Origin: Polyangiaceae bacterium
Lineage (GTDB): Bacteria > Myxococcota_A > Polyangia > Polyangiales > Polyangiaceae
Length of the DNA: 33,024 nt
Direction: 5' to 3'
Assembly: GCA_044222475.1 (NCBI GenBank)
Contig: JBGANF010000091.1
Span: 1 to 33,024 of the forward strand
Shown in pieces: positions 8,296-17,627 of this stretch; the first letter of the stretch is position 1, and every line of letters starts with the position of its first letter. Under the pieces are notes generated by a model that was given only the letters and a program-made list of their open reading frames with translations, did not search any database and was not told the origin of the DNA. Both the position numbers and the translations under genes were made by a program.

Positions 8296-8330
8296 GCTCT
8301 TCGCCGCGCGCTCGCGCGTGGCTCCACTCG

Positions 8331-8720
8331 GTGGGGTCCGTTCTGGTCGGACTGGTCGCCGCCGTGATCTTCGATGGGACTCTTCGGTTCGTGCGCCTCG
8401 GGCTCACCCTCGGAACCGCAGCGTGGGCGTGCGCGCTCTCCGCGACGATCGCCGCGTGCGCCGCGCTCGCGGCGCACTGGGCCGTGGGCTCGACGGAGGT
8501 CGGCACGAAGCAGCGGCTCGCCGCCGTGGGGTGCACGGCATTGTGGGGTGTGTGGCTCGCCGTGTTCTGCGTCCGCTCTCGATGGGGTTGGGTCTCGCTC
8601 GATCGCATCGACGCGGGCTCCGGGCCTCCGGCTCAGCTGGCGATCGTGCTCTCGGCGCTGAGCGGGCTCACCTCTTCGTTCTTCGCCCGCTACTTGTCGG
8701 CCGGTGCATCGAGGACGTAG
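8331..8720 (+). CDS. Putative small integral membrane protein (start uncertain)
   Basis: About four hydrophobic segments (VLVGLVAAVIF, AAWACALSATIAACAALAA, ALWGVWLAVF, LAIVLSALSGL). It fills the gap between convergent genes. Confidence 0.5.
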   Translation: MGSVLVGLVAAVIFDGTLRFVRLGLTLGTAAWACALSATIAACAALAAHWAVGSTEVGTKQRLAAVGCTALWGVWLAVFCVRSRWGWVSLDRIDAGSGPPAQLAIVLSALSGLTSSFFARYLSAGASRT

Positions 8721-10204
8721 ACGTAGAGCCCCGATCCGTCCGCCTGCTCGCGTGCGAACCCGACGCGGTATCGAGCGAACCTCTCGTCGGCGAGGATCGC
8801 GCCCGCGCCCTCGTCGTAGGGGAGGCCCCCTTCCCGCTTCCACAAGAGGAGCAGATCCGGCATCGATCGGAAGAAGTAGTCGGCGACGTCGGCAGGGCTC
8901 TTCGCCGTGCGAGCGAGGTACGCGTCGTTGAGCTTGCCGAAGTCGATCGACCGTAGGCCGGTCTCGAACGGGATCCTTCCTGCGTCCGGGTAGCACGCGA
9001 GCGTGGCGGTCGGAGGCGCGTGATCGACGATCCAGTCTCGCGCAGCGTCGTACATCGGCGCGGTCAGGCGTCCGCGCATGATGGCAGTCGTCGAGGCGGC
9101 GCTGCGCGCCTCGAACGAAACGAACACCCCATGAGCGAGCGCGAGCAACGCGAACGCGCCGACGAGGACGCGCATGCGACCGAGGTCGCGACTCCGCAGC
9201 GCGTCGACCACGTGGGTCGCCAGGACGAGCGTGGACGTGACGACCCAGGGGAAGACGTGCACCGCGAACCGCCTCCCGTAGTTCATCACGAGGTCGCTGC
9301 GGCCGTAGGCCAGCGCCGACGCGCCCACGACCGTCACTCCGATCGCGAGGAGGGCTCGCTCGGGTCGCGTGACGGCGAGGCGACCGCGCCTCGTCACCAA
9401 GACGACCGCCGCGAGCACCCCGAGGAGCGCGAGGTCCAAGCACGAGTCACTCGTCATCGCCCACACGTCGCGGAGAAACTCGGCGTTGGCGGCTCCTCGC
9501 TTCGCGTAGAAGGTGTTCGGGAGCAGGCTCCCGAAGTGGAGCCACCGCGCCGCGGTGACCGCACCCATCGGCCCCAAGAAACCCACCACGCCCCGGAGCA
9601 CCGCAGGGCGCGTGGGACGCGCCAACCACAGCGAAGCTCCGAGCAAGCACGCGGCGACGACCGCGCCCTCGGGTCGCGTCAGCGCGAGGACGTTGCACGT
9701 CGCGAGAAGCGCCGCCGAGCAAGCACGACCCCGTCGTGCGTCCCGAACCAAGCACAGCGCGCCGGCGAGGTTCGCCGCGACGTAGATCTCGGTTTCGAGA
9801 CCCGAGCGAAGGTGCGGAGCGTGCTCCCCAGCGAAGACGAACACGACCGCCGACGCGGCGCCGAACCACCACGACGGGCGAAGCTCGTGAGCGATCCACG
9901 GCACGAGAACGGCGCTCACGACGAACGCAGCGCCGCCGAGCAAACGGGCGGCGAGGACGCCCGAGCCACCGAACGCGAAGACGATCGATTCGACGAGGGT
10001 CAGGAGAAGCCCCGTGATCCCTTCGACCGGCGGCCCCGACGGGTTCCAGCTCAGCGATCCGTGGCGCGCGAGGTTCTGGGCATAGCGAGCGACGATGTAC
10101 GCGTCGTCCGCGGTCCAGTCGGGCGACGCGCGCACGAGCAGGCAAGCTGCCACGGCCACGGCGATGGAGATGCCCCAACGCACCCGATCGTGGCGCTCAA
10201 CCAC
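8690..10204 (-). CDS. Multi-pass membrane glycosyltransferase-like protein (GT-C fold; AftB/PMT-like)
   Basis: DDAYIVARYAQNL..HG...WNP....VEGITG after TM1, SGLET, LTRPEG and HFGSLLPNTFYAK motifs, many TM helices. GTG start overlaps the upstream stop. Confidence 0.75.
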   Translation of the reverse strand: MVERHDRVRWGISIAVAVAACLLVRASPDWTADDAYIVARYAQNLARHGSLSWNPSGPPVEGITGLLLTLVESIVFAFGGSGVLAARLLGGAAFVVSAVLVPWIAHELRPSWWFGAASAVVFVFAGEHAPHLRSGLETEIYVAANLAGALCLVRDARRGRACSAALLATCNVLALTRPEGAVVAACLLGASLWLARPTRPAVLRGVVGFLGPMGAVTAARWLHFGSLLPNTFYAKRGAANAEFLRDVWAMTSDSCLDLALLGVLAAVVLVTRRGRLAVTRPERALLAIGVTVVGASALAYGRSDLVMNYGRRFAVHVFPWVVTSTLVLATHVVDALRSRDLGRMRVLVGAFALLALAHGVFVSFEARSAASTTAIMRGRLTAPMYDAARDWIVDHAPPTATLACYPDAGRIPFETGLRSIDFGKLNDAYLARTAKSPADVADYFFRSMPDLLLLWKREGGLPYDEGAGAILADERFARYRVGFAREQADGSGLYVYVLDAPADK

Positions 10205-13200
10205 CGCGCAGCTTGTCGAGGTAGGGCGCCTTGCGCTCCGCCTCGTCGGGAGCCAGGGTCGCGAGGTAGGGATCCATCGCCTTCGCGTCACCGGCCAACG
10301 CAGCGAGGAAGGCGACGGGCCACTTGGCTTCGCGCTTCGCGTTGGGCATGTCGAGCCGAAGCGCGCGCTCCGCGTGGGCCTTGGCCCGCTCGGCGTCGCC
10401 CGCGACGAAGAACGCAAGCGCGCGCGCGCGGTGCGCGACCGAGCACGTCGGTGCGCTCTCGACCGACTTCGAGCTCGCATCGAGGGCGGTCGCGTGATCG
10501 AGCTCCGCACCGGCGACGAGCGCGAGCCGCTCGAACCCCGCGTGCGCGTACGGTCGATCCCGCATGAGCTTCTCGGCGACGGCCCGCGCCGCCTTCGCGT
10601 CACCGCGTGCGCCTTCCGCTTCGCACATCGCGGTCGCTGCGCCAGCGTCGGTCGGCAGCGCGGCGTAGGCCTCCTTCGCGACGTCGTAGGCGCGGTCGAA
10701 CCGCTCGAGCTCGGCGTTGATCCAGTAGAGCTTCGAGAGCTCCTTCGGGCGCGACTTCGCCTTCTCGTGGAATGCGTCGAGACGCGTCGTGTCTCCGAGG
10801 AGCGCCTCCATCGACGCGGCCTTGAGCTCCCAGTCGTCGCGGGACTCTCGCGTCTCGGACCGCTCGTGGACGAGCTGCGCCGCCGTGCGGGCGAGCTCGC
10901 GATCGACGTCGCGCATGGCCCAGAACACGTCCCACCCGAGGTCGCCCTGGATGTCCGGCTTGGCCTTCCAGATCTCGTTCGCGTGGGCGCGCACGTCCGA
11001 CGCGCGGCCGGTCAAGCGGTGAGCGCGCAGGTAATAGCAGTGGGCCCAGCGATAGCCGTCGATCGCGTCGTCGATCGGCAACGCCCGCGCGGAGAGCTCG
11101 CGTGCGCTCTCGTAGTCGGTCGTCTGATCGAGGTGGAAATACGTGATCGCGCGCAGGCCCTTCGCCTCGGACTCCCAACAGCCGATCGACTTTCGATACA
11201 CCGCCTCGGCTTCGTCGATGCGCCCGAGCGCTCGGAGGAGCAGGCGCTTCACCTCGAGCGCGTATCCCACTTGGGGACCGTTCGCCGCCGCCTTGATCGC
11301 CGTCTCGATCACGCGGAGGCCGGCCTCGGGATCCTTCTTCACGAGGCCCAGGGCGTACCCGCGCGACGCCCAGTAGTAGCTCGGGTCTTCGGCGGTTGCG
11401 CGCGCCAGGACGTCGATTGCTTCGGCCTCGGTGAACGGCGACGGCAAGAGCAGCCGGCCGAGCCGCGTGAGCAGCCCGACGTCCTTCGGCGCTTTCGTCG
11501 TGAGATCGCGGAGCAACGAGGTCGCGTGGCCGCCCCACGCCGCGTTCTCGAGCTTGTCGACCACGGCCATGAGGAACGGCCACTTCTCTTGCCGCGGAAC
11601 GGCGAGCTCGCGGAGCCGCGCGCACGCTTCCTCCGACGACGTCGCGATCCGCAGCGCGTCGTACAGCGGGTGGACGACGTCCTCTGGCGCGCTCACCTGA
11701 TCGATCACCGCGGTGAGGTGGGCGGCCGCTTCCTCCGGCTTGTCGACGCGGCGCAGGAACGCCGCGAGGTCGGTCTGGCTCTCGGTGTGGCGGGGGTACT
11801 GCTTCGCGACCTCGCGCAAGAGCTCTTCGGCGCGTGCGTTCTCGCCGAGGTGCTCGAGCGCGCACGCGAGGCCACGCGCCGCGCGGGCGCGCTGCTTGAG
11901 GGCCTTCTCGAACGGTGCCTTCGCGGCCGCGGCGTCGCGACGGGCGAGGGCGATGAAGCCGGCGACGTCCCAGTTGGTCGGGTTGTCGGGATCGAACGCG
12001 CACGCGAGGTCGTTCATGTGCTCCGCTTCGAAGAGGAGCTCCTCGTCCGCGCGCCGGATGCGGGTCCTCGCCTTCTCCGGGAAGCGCGTCACCGCCCACG
12101 GGATGGCGCTCTTCGATCCGGGTTTCTTCTCCTCGGCGCGGAGCTCGATCTCGCGGAGGTACACGCCGGCGAGCAAGCTCTCCGCCGCGCCGGGCTGCGC
12201 GTAGTTCTCGAGCGCTTCCCAGAGGTTCTTCTCGGCGCCGGCGAGATCCCCGCCGAAGTACTTCATCGCGCCCATCGACTGCGAGTTGTTGCCATCGCCC
12301 GGGTCGACGCGGTGCGCGTCGGCGTAGAGGGCAGCCGCCTCGTTGGAGCGGCCTTCCCAGTCGAGGTAGCGCGCGTGCACCTGGAGCGGCCACTCGTCGT
12401 TGGGAAACCGCGTCCGCACTTCGTAGAGGTCGGAGAGGAAATCGTCGCGCGCCGCATCGGCGTTGGAGCGACGGAAGAGCTCGAGCTTGGCGTTCGTCCG
12501 GCGGAGCCAGGCGAGGCGGAAATCGCCCTGGGCCGCGATGGCGCGGCTCGCGGTGTCGATCAGCTCGTGCACCGAGCCGCTCGACTCGCCGGAGAGGCCG
12601 TTCGGCCGGCGTCGATCGGCGTCGTCCATGAGGCGGAGGTGGGCCGCGTCGACGAGGCCGGCGGCGGTCGCCTTCTCTTCGAGCGAAGCGACCGTGTCGT
12701 CGCCCTTGCGCCCGAGGACGACGACGACTCCGCAGCCGAAGAGCTCGCCGGCTTTCTCGTTCCAGCCGTAAGGCCGCGTCCCCGAGCGGTGGGTCATCGG
12801 ATCGGTGACGACGAAGACGCCGAGTCGATCGTCGTAGCCGGTGATGACCGCCACGTGCGACGTCGTCGAGTACTCCTCCTGGAGGATCACGGGGAAGCCG
12901 AGATCGATCGCCGCCTTGACCTTCGGGTCGTCGATGACGACGCGGCGATGGACGATCCCGTGGTCGCCGAGGAAGCGCGTGATCTCGAACATGGGGGTGC
13001 CGGTCTCGCGCTTGACCTCCTTCGCGATCAGATCCTGGTCGAGATCGAGCCCGAGGTAGCGCGCACACAGCTCGATCACCGCGGGGCCGCAGTGGTTGCG
13101 CTTCTGGTGCGTCGTGGGGAAGGCCTTGAGGACGCGGCGCTTCCCGTCCTCGCCGGGCTTCGCGGTGCCGGCGCGCTCGAGGAAGCCGAGCCGCGCTCGC

Positions 13201-13931
13201 GCGTAGCGCGCGACGTGGGGCACGCGGTTCTGCGCCGCGAGCCACTCGAACTGGACCTTCACGTCGTCGAGTCGGTCGAGCGTGGCGAGGGTCATCGCGA
13301 GCGAGACCCGATCGTGCACGTGGTAGTCGCTCTTCGCGCCGGCAAGGACCAACCGCTCGAGGACCTTCACCTCGGCGTCCCACTGGCCCTGCGCGCCACG
13401 GACCTGGGCGTGGAGCCGGATCGCAGCGAGCTCGGAATCGTCCCCTTTTGGTACATGCTCGAGCTCCGCGATGGCGGCGTCGAAGTGCCCGAGCACGTAG
13501 AGCACCTGAGCCAGCGCGACGGTGCTGCGCCCGGTACGCGCCTCCGCCACGACGCCCTCGAGGAGCTTGCGCGCCTCGACCCGCTCGTCGAGGGCGTGGT
13601 GCGCGAGCGCGCGTGCCAGGCGGAGCGCCGGCCCTTCGCCGCCGGCGGCGACGGCTTCGTCGTACGAGCGCTTCACGAGCGGCGCGCATCGGCGTGCGCC
13701 GTAGAGCTCGACGACGAGGGCGTGGGCGGCGGCGCGGTCGTCCGCTTCGAGCGCGCCGGTGCGCAGCAGCTTGCGCGTCGCGAGGAGCGCTTCGTCGGTG
13801 CGTCCTTCGCGCGCGTACACGCGGTAGCGCAGGAGGAGCTCGGCCGGGGCCTTCGAGTCCTTCGTCGCCGAGAGGAGATCCTCGAAGCGTTCTTCGCGCC
13901 ACATCGCGTCGAGCTCGGGGGAGAGACTCAC
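10197..13931 (-). CDS. Large TPR-repeat protein with a C39-like cysteine peptidase domain
   Basis: HQKRNHCGPA (Cys at 13089-13091), SHVAVITGYD (His at 12855-12857) and VVTDP (Asp at 12801-12803), flanked by TPR-like helical repeats. GTGA overlap with the upstream gene. Confidence 0.85.
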   Translation of the reverse strand: MSLSPELDAMWREERFEDLLSATKDSKAPAELLLRYRVYAREGRTDEALLATRKLLRTGALEADDRAAAHALVVELYGARRCAPLVKRSYDEAVAAGGEGPALRLARALAHHALDERVEARKLLEGVVAEARTGRSTVALAQVLYVLGHFDAAIAELEHVPKGDDSELAAIRLHAQVRGAQGQWDAEVKVLERLVLAGAKSDYHVHDRVSLAMTLATLDRLDDVKVQFEWLAAQNRVPHVARYARARLGFLERAGTAKPGEDGKRRVLKAFPTTHQKRNHCGPAVIELCARYLGLDLDQDLIAKEVKRETGTPMFEITRFLGDHGIVHRRVVIDDPKVKAAIDLGFPVILQEEYSTTSHVAVITGYDDRLGVFVVTDPMTHRSGTRPYGWNEKAGELFGCGVVVVLGRKGDDTVASLEEKATAAGLVDAAHLRLMDDADRRRPNGLSGESSGSVHELIDTASRAIAAQGDFRLAWLRRTNAKLELFRRSNADAARDDFLSDLYEVRTRFPNDEWPLQVHARYLDWEGRSNEAAALYADAHRVDPGDGNNSQSMGAMKYFGGDLAGAEKNLWEALENYAQPGAAESLLAGVYLREIELRAEEKKPGSKSAIPWAVTRFPEKARTRIRRADEELLFEAEHMNDLACAFDPDNPTNWDVAGFIALARRDAAAAKAPFEKALKQRARAARGLACALEHLGENARAEELLREVAKQYPRHTESQTDLAAFLRRVDKPEEAAAHLTAVIDQVSAPEDVVHPLYDALRIATSSEEACARLRELAVPRQEKWPFLMAVVDKLENAAWGGHATSLLRDLTTKAPKDVGLLTRLGRLLLPSPFTEAEAIDVLARATAEDPSYYWASRGYALGLVKKDPEAGLRVIETAIKAAANGPQVGYALEVKRLLLRALGRIDEAEAVYRKSIGCWESEAKGLRAITYFHLDQTTDYESARELSARALPIDDAIDGYRWAHCYYLRAHRLTGRASDVRAHANEIWKAKPDIQGDLGWDVFWAMRDVDRELARTAAQLVHERSETRESRDDWELKAASMEALLGDTTRLDAFHEKAKSRPKELSKLYWINAELERFDRAYDVAKEAYAALPTDAGAATAMCEAEGARGDAKAARAVAEKLMRDRPYAHAGFERLALVAGAELDHATALDASSKSVESAPTCSVAHRARALAFFVAGDAERAKAHAERALRLDMPNAKREAKWPVAFLAALAGDAKAMDPYLATLAPDEAERKAPYLDKLRGG

Positions 13932-16906
13932 GGACCCTCCCAACGGCGCAGCACCGCCGCGTGCGAGACGGGGCACGTCGCCACGAGCGCGGCGCGATCG
14001 GCTTCGGTCGTGGCGAGACCGAAAGCCTCGCCCGCGTGAACGAACGCGCCGCGAACCCAGGGGTGCGACGGGAGCTTGGCGAGCAGCTCCTCGCGCGCGC
14101 GGCCGCTCTCGTCGGCAGCGGCGGCGAACGCGCGATAGACCCACGGGTCCCCGCCGCTGGCCGTGCTCTGGGACACCGCCTTCTCCCCGCGTGCGCCCTC
14201 TTCGGCGAGCGCGGCGCGGTCACGTGCGCGGAGGGCCGCAGCGCACAGCCAAGACACGGGCACCCAGTCCCACTTCGTTCGAGCGGCCCGCGCGTCCGCG
14301 AGGAACCCCTCTCTCCGATCGTGGAGGGCGACGGCGACGTGCTCGAGCGAGAAGTATTTCTCGTCGTTCCAGTCGCCGCGGCCGAGGAGCAGACACTCGC
14401 GCGAGAGATCCCAGAGCTCGTAGAAGCGATAGAAGTCGCTCACGAGCGACAGGGTCCCGAGCTCCAACGAGCGGAGGCGGTCGAACATCGCGTCGGCGCG
14501 CGCTTTCTCGCCGAGAGCGCGCAGGGCCAACCCCGAGACGAGCCACGACTTCGGGTCGTCGGCGAAGCTCGCGTGGCTCGCGATCTCGAGCGCCGCCTTC
14601 GGATCGAGCGGGAGCTCGATCGCCGCCGCGACTGCGCGCAGCGGAACGAAGCCGGGAGCGAGCTCGTCCGTCAATCGCTTGCATGATGCACGCACGTCGT
14701 CGCGCTCGTCGGCGAGGCGGCGCGATCGAAGCGCCGAGCGGACGAACGTCCACGGCGTGTTGGGGTTGTCCGGAGCGGTCTCGCGAAGAAGAGCGAGCAC
14801 CGGCTGCGCGAGGGACCACTGTCCGCGGGCGCTCAGCTCGATCGCGAGGTCGCACAACGCGACGGGGTCCCGCGCGATCGCCTTCGCGGCCTCGCCGATC
14901 CGCGCGGCGGCGGTGGCTTCGTCCTTCGCGAGCGTCGTCGCGCCGTCGACGAACCACATCGTCCAGCCCTGCGGGCGACGGCCGAGCGCGAGCGTGCGCG
15001 CGAGATCGGCGGCCCCCGCGTCGTCGCCGTCGGCGACGTGGATCACCATCGCGTCACCCCAAGCGTCACCGCCCGATTGCTTCGCCACGTCGACGGCGAG
15101 CTTCTTCGCGCCCGCGAGGTCACCCGCCCGATAGCCGGCCCGCACGAGCCGCACGCCGTCTTCCGGCAGCCGCGCGAGCTCCCAGGCTTCGCGCAGCACC
15201 GGCTCTGCCTCGGCCGCACGGCCCAGCGCCTCGAGCGCGTCGGCGAGGAGACTCCGCGCGCTGCGGTACGTCGGAAGGAGCTCTGCGCTGATGCGCGCGG
15301 CGAGCTCGGCGAGGTCGTACTCCGATCGCGAGAAGTGGCACGTCGAGAACCACCCGTAGACCCACGCGTCGCTCGGATCGAGCCTCGACGCGTCGCGGAA
15401 CCGAGCGAACGCCGCCTCGACCTTGCCCATCCGCTTGAGCGCGCGCCCCCATCCGAGCGCGTTGCGCGCGTCGAAGCGATCGCGATGAAACGCGGCCGCC
15501 CAGGCGATCCCGGACTCGGCCGCCGAGCCGTACTGCTCGAGGTACGACGCGTACGTCTGCGATGGCATCTCCATCGCCGGGAATCGCTCGCGGACGTCCG
15601 CGTACCACGCCGTCAGCTCGTCCTTCTTCACTTGATCGCGGCGAACGGCGTCGAGGAGGGCATCCCCGAGCCGCGCATGAACCACTGGGAGCGACGGCTC
15701 CGCGATCGCGAGGGAGCGCAGGCGAGCGATGCGGGCCTCGGCGGTGCGCTTTTCGCCGTCCTCGTCGAGTCCGGTCCGGTCCATCGCGCGGAGGCGTGCG
15801 CTGTCGCTGATGCCCGCCGCGAGGAGCGCATCCTTCGTGGCGGTGCCCGCGTCACCGGAGCCGCACACGATCAGCGCGCTCGACGCGAAGAGCGCCGAGC
15901 GCGACTTCTGCCAGTGGGCAGGGACGATCGCGGCCTCCTGCCGATCGGGATCGCGCACGAGGTACAGGTCGTCACCTTTGGCGACGGCGAGGAGGAGCCG
16001 CAGCCCGGTGCGCATCGAGCGCTCTTCCTCGAGGATCACGGTCGCGCCAGCGGCTAGAGCGAGCGCGGCGACGCGGGGTTCGAGCTCGACGCGGAGCGTC
16101 GCCTGACCGAGCTTGCGTCGGAGGACGTCATCGAGCTCGGCGAGCTCGGGCAGCGGGTCCTTCGCCAGCGCGGGGTCGTCGTGGCCGAGCGCGACGAGGA
16201 TCCCACGACCGTCGTCGTGGGTGCCCGTGCCGAATTTCGGCTGCGCCGAGGTCCACGCGAGCGGTGTCGTGGACGCGAGCTTCGCGGCGAGGAGGTGCAC
16301 GTCGTCGGAGCCGAGCGTCTGGTCGAGCGCGCGAACCAAGGCGAGTGCCTTCTCGCGATCGCCGCCGGCCCACGTCGCGAGCGCGCCGTCGATGCGAAGG
16401 CGCGTCGCGAGGTCGGCGCTGGAGCCGGCGATGTCTTCGGCGAGGAGGATCTGCGCCGCGGCCTCGAAGTCCCGCGAGGCGACGGCGCGCGCGGCGAGGA
16501 GCCGCTTCACGGTCATCGCCTCGACACCGGTTGCGTGTGCCGCGAAGGCGCGAAGCGCGTCCGTGGGGAGCCGATGCATGTCCCGAAGTGGTACCGCCGG
16601 CTTCGCATCGAGCGCGCGCCGACCCGCCGTACGGGACGGCTCGTCGGTGCGCTTCTCGACGTAGTGCGCGGCGGTCTTCGGGGCGCCAAGGGCGACGAGC
16701 TCCGCGATGGCGTCGGCGAACACCGAGGGCTCATCGGCAGAAAGCCCACGGGCGACGACGTCGATCCGTGGGCCTTCACCGAGGCGTGCGAGGAGCGCGA
16801 GAACCGGGCGACTCTCGGCGTTGGGCCAGGGCGGCAGCGCCGCCAGCACCTCGCGCAGTCTGCCTTCTTGCACTGCGCGAAGCCAGCTCTCGCTCCCCGT
16901 CGTCAT
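13928..16906 (-). CDS. Large TPR-repeat protein with a degenerate C39-like domain (paralog of the downstream gene)
   Basis: TPR motifs (ALGWGRALKRMGKVEAAFARFRDASRLDP; LLADALEALGRAAEAEPVLREA). Its central region aligns to the neighbour's peptidase domain but lacks the Cys and His. Confidence 0.8.
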   Translation of the reverse strand: MTTGSESWLRAVQEGRLREVLAALPPWPNAESRPVLALLARLGEGPRIDVVARGLSADEPSVFADAIAELVALGAPKTAAHYVEKRTDEPSRTAGRRALDAKPAVPLRDMHRLPTDALRAFAAHATGVEAMTVKRLLAARAVASRDFEAAAQILLAEDIAGSSADLATRLRIDGALATWAGGDREKALALVRALDQTLGSDDVHLLAAKLASTTPLAWTSAQPKFGTGTHDDGRGILVALGHDDPALAKDPLPELAELDDVLRRKLGQATLRVELEPRVAALALAAGATVILEEERSMRTGLRLLLAVAKGDDLYLVRDPDRQEAAIVPAHWQKSRSALFASSALIVCGSGDAGTATKDALLAAGISDSARLRAMDRTGLDEDGEKRTAEARIARLRSLAIAEPSLPVVHARLGDALLDAVRRDQVKKDELTAWYADVRERFPAMEMPSQTYASYLEQYGSAAESGIAWAAAFHRDRFDARNALGWGRALKRMGKVEAAFARFRDASRLDPSDAWVYGWFSTCHFSRSEYDLAELAARISAELLPTYRSARSLLADALEALGRAAEAEPVLREAWELARLPEDGVRLVRAGYRAGDLAGAKKLAVDVAKQSGGDAWGDAMVIHVADGDDAGAADLARTLALGRRPQGWTMWFVDGATTLAKDEATAAARIGEAAKAIARDPVALCDLAIELSARGQWSLAQPVLALLRETAPDNPNTPWTFVRSALRSRRLADERDDVRASCKRLTDELAPGFVPLRAVAAAIELPLDPKAALEIASHASFADDPKSWLVSGLALRALGEKARADAMFDRLRSLELGTLSLVSDFYRFYELWDLSRECLLLGRGDWNDEKYFSLEHVAVALHDRREGFLADARAARTKWDWVPVSWLCAAALRARDRAALAEEGARGEKAVSQSTASGGDPWVYRAFAAAADESGRAREELLAKLPSHPWVRGAFVHAGEAFGLATTEADRAALVATCPVSHAAVLRRWEGP

Positions 16907-16953
16907 CGACGGGTCAGCCTACGCGATATGTCGTCCGGGCGGGAGAGGCGCGG

Positions 16954-17262
16954 TCACTTGGGCGGCGGCTTCGGAGCCGGATCGCCGGTGTGGGTCGGGC
17001 CGGGCGCGGGGGTGTGCTTCAACGGCGGTGGCGGGACGTTCGGGCTGCCCGCAGTCGCCTGGTTCGTCGTGTCGCCGCCGACGCCCGTCGACGAGCCGGC
17101 GGTCCCGCCTGCAGCGGCGGTGTCCTGCCCGGGAGCCGGAGCAGTCGCGGCGGGAGTCGTCGCGGAGTTCGTGGCAGGCTGCGGAGCCGCCGCGTCTTGA
17201 GCTGCGCCACCGCACGCAGCGGCGACGAAGAGGAGAGCGATGAGAGTGGTGGTGGGCTTCAT
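16954..17262 (-). CDS. Small Ala/Thr/Pro-rich lipoprotein (102 aa)
   Basis: MKPTTTLIALLFVAAA-C lipobox followed by a low-complexity disordered chain. Confidence 0.75.
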   Translation of the reverse strand: MKPTTTLIALLFVAAACGGAAQDAAAPQPATNSATTPAATAPAPGQDTAAAGGTAGSSTGVGGDTTNQATAGSPNVPPPPLKHTPAPGPTHTGDPAPKPPPK

Positions 17263-17275
17263 GCGCCGACGGAAG

Positions 17276-17291
17276 TGCAAGCGCGGTGCCA
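17276..17291 (-). promoter_or_regulatory. Sigma54 (-24/-12) promoter
   Basis: Minus strand TGGCAC-cgcgc-TTGCA is a full consensus match in the intergenic gap. Predicted +1 is near 17265, a few nt before the ATG at 17262. Confidence 0.7.
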
Positions 17292-17372
17292 AGCGATTTC
17301 CTGCTGAAGAAAGCTGGCGCATTCGCCGTTCGACGAAAGGTTCGCGCTCCGACGCACGTGCTGCGCCGGGTC

Positions 17373-17627
17373 CTACGCGGCGACGCCGAGCTTCGCCGCG
17401 AAGTAGGCGACGGCCGAGTCGAGGGTCGCCAGCTTCGCGTAGTCCGCCTCCGGAACGTCGACCGCGAGGGTCGTGTGGAGGTGGGTCACGACGTTGAGGA
17501 AGTCCATCGAGTCGATGTCCAGCTCGTCCCGCAGGTTCGCGGTCGGCGACAGCGACGACGCATCGGCCTCCGGCGCCACTCGCAGCAGCGCGTCGATCAC
17601 GGCCTTCCTGATGTCGTTCTTCGTCAT
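17373..17627 (-). CDS. Acyl carrier protein (phosphopantetheine-binding)
   Basis: 84 aa acidic protein with ELDIDSMDFL (Ppant Ser). ATGA overlap with the E2 gene. Confidence 0.9.
   Translation of the reverse strand: MTKNDIRKAVIDALLRVAPEADASSLSPTANLRDELDIDSMDFLNVVTHLHTTLAVDVPEADYAKLATLDSAVAYFAAKLGVAA

Noticed and set aside
10095..14223. Very long alternative ORFs (10095..14039 +, 10600..14223 -)
   Set aside because: Antisense or off-frame shadows of the C39-TPR gene. Their Arg/Ala/Pro-rich, motif-free translations are typical of high-GC DNA.
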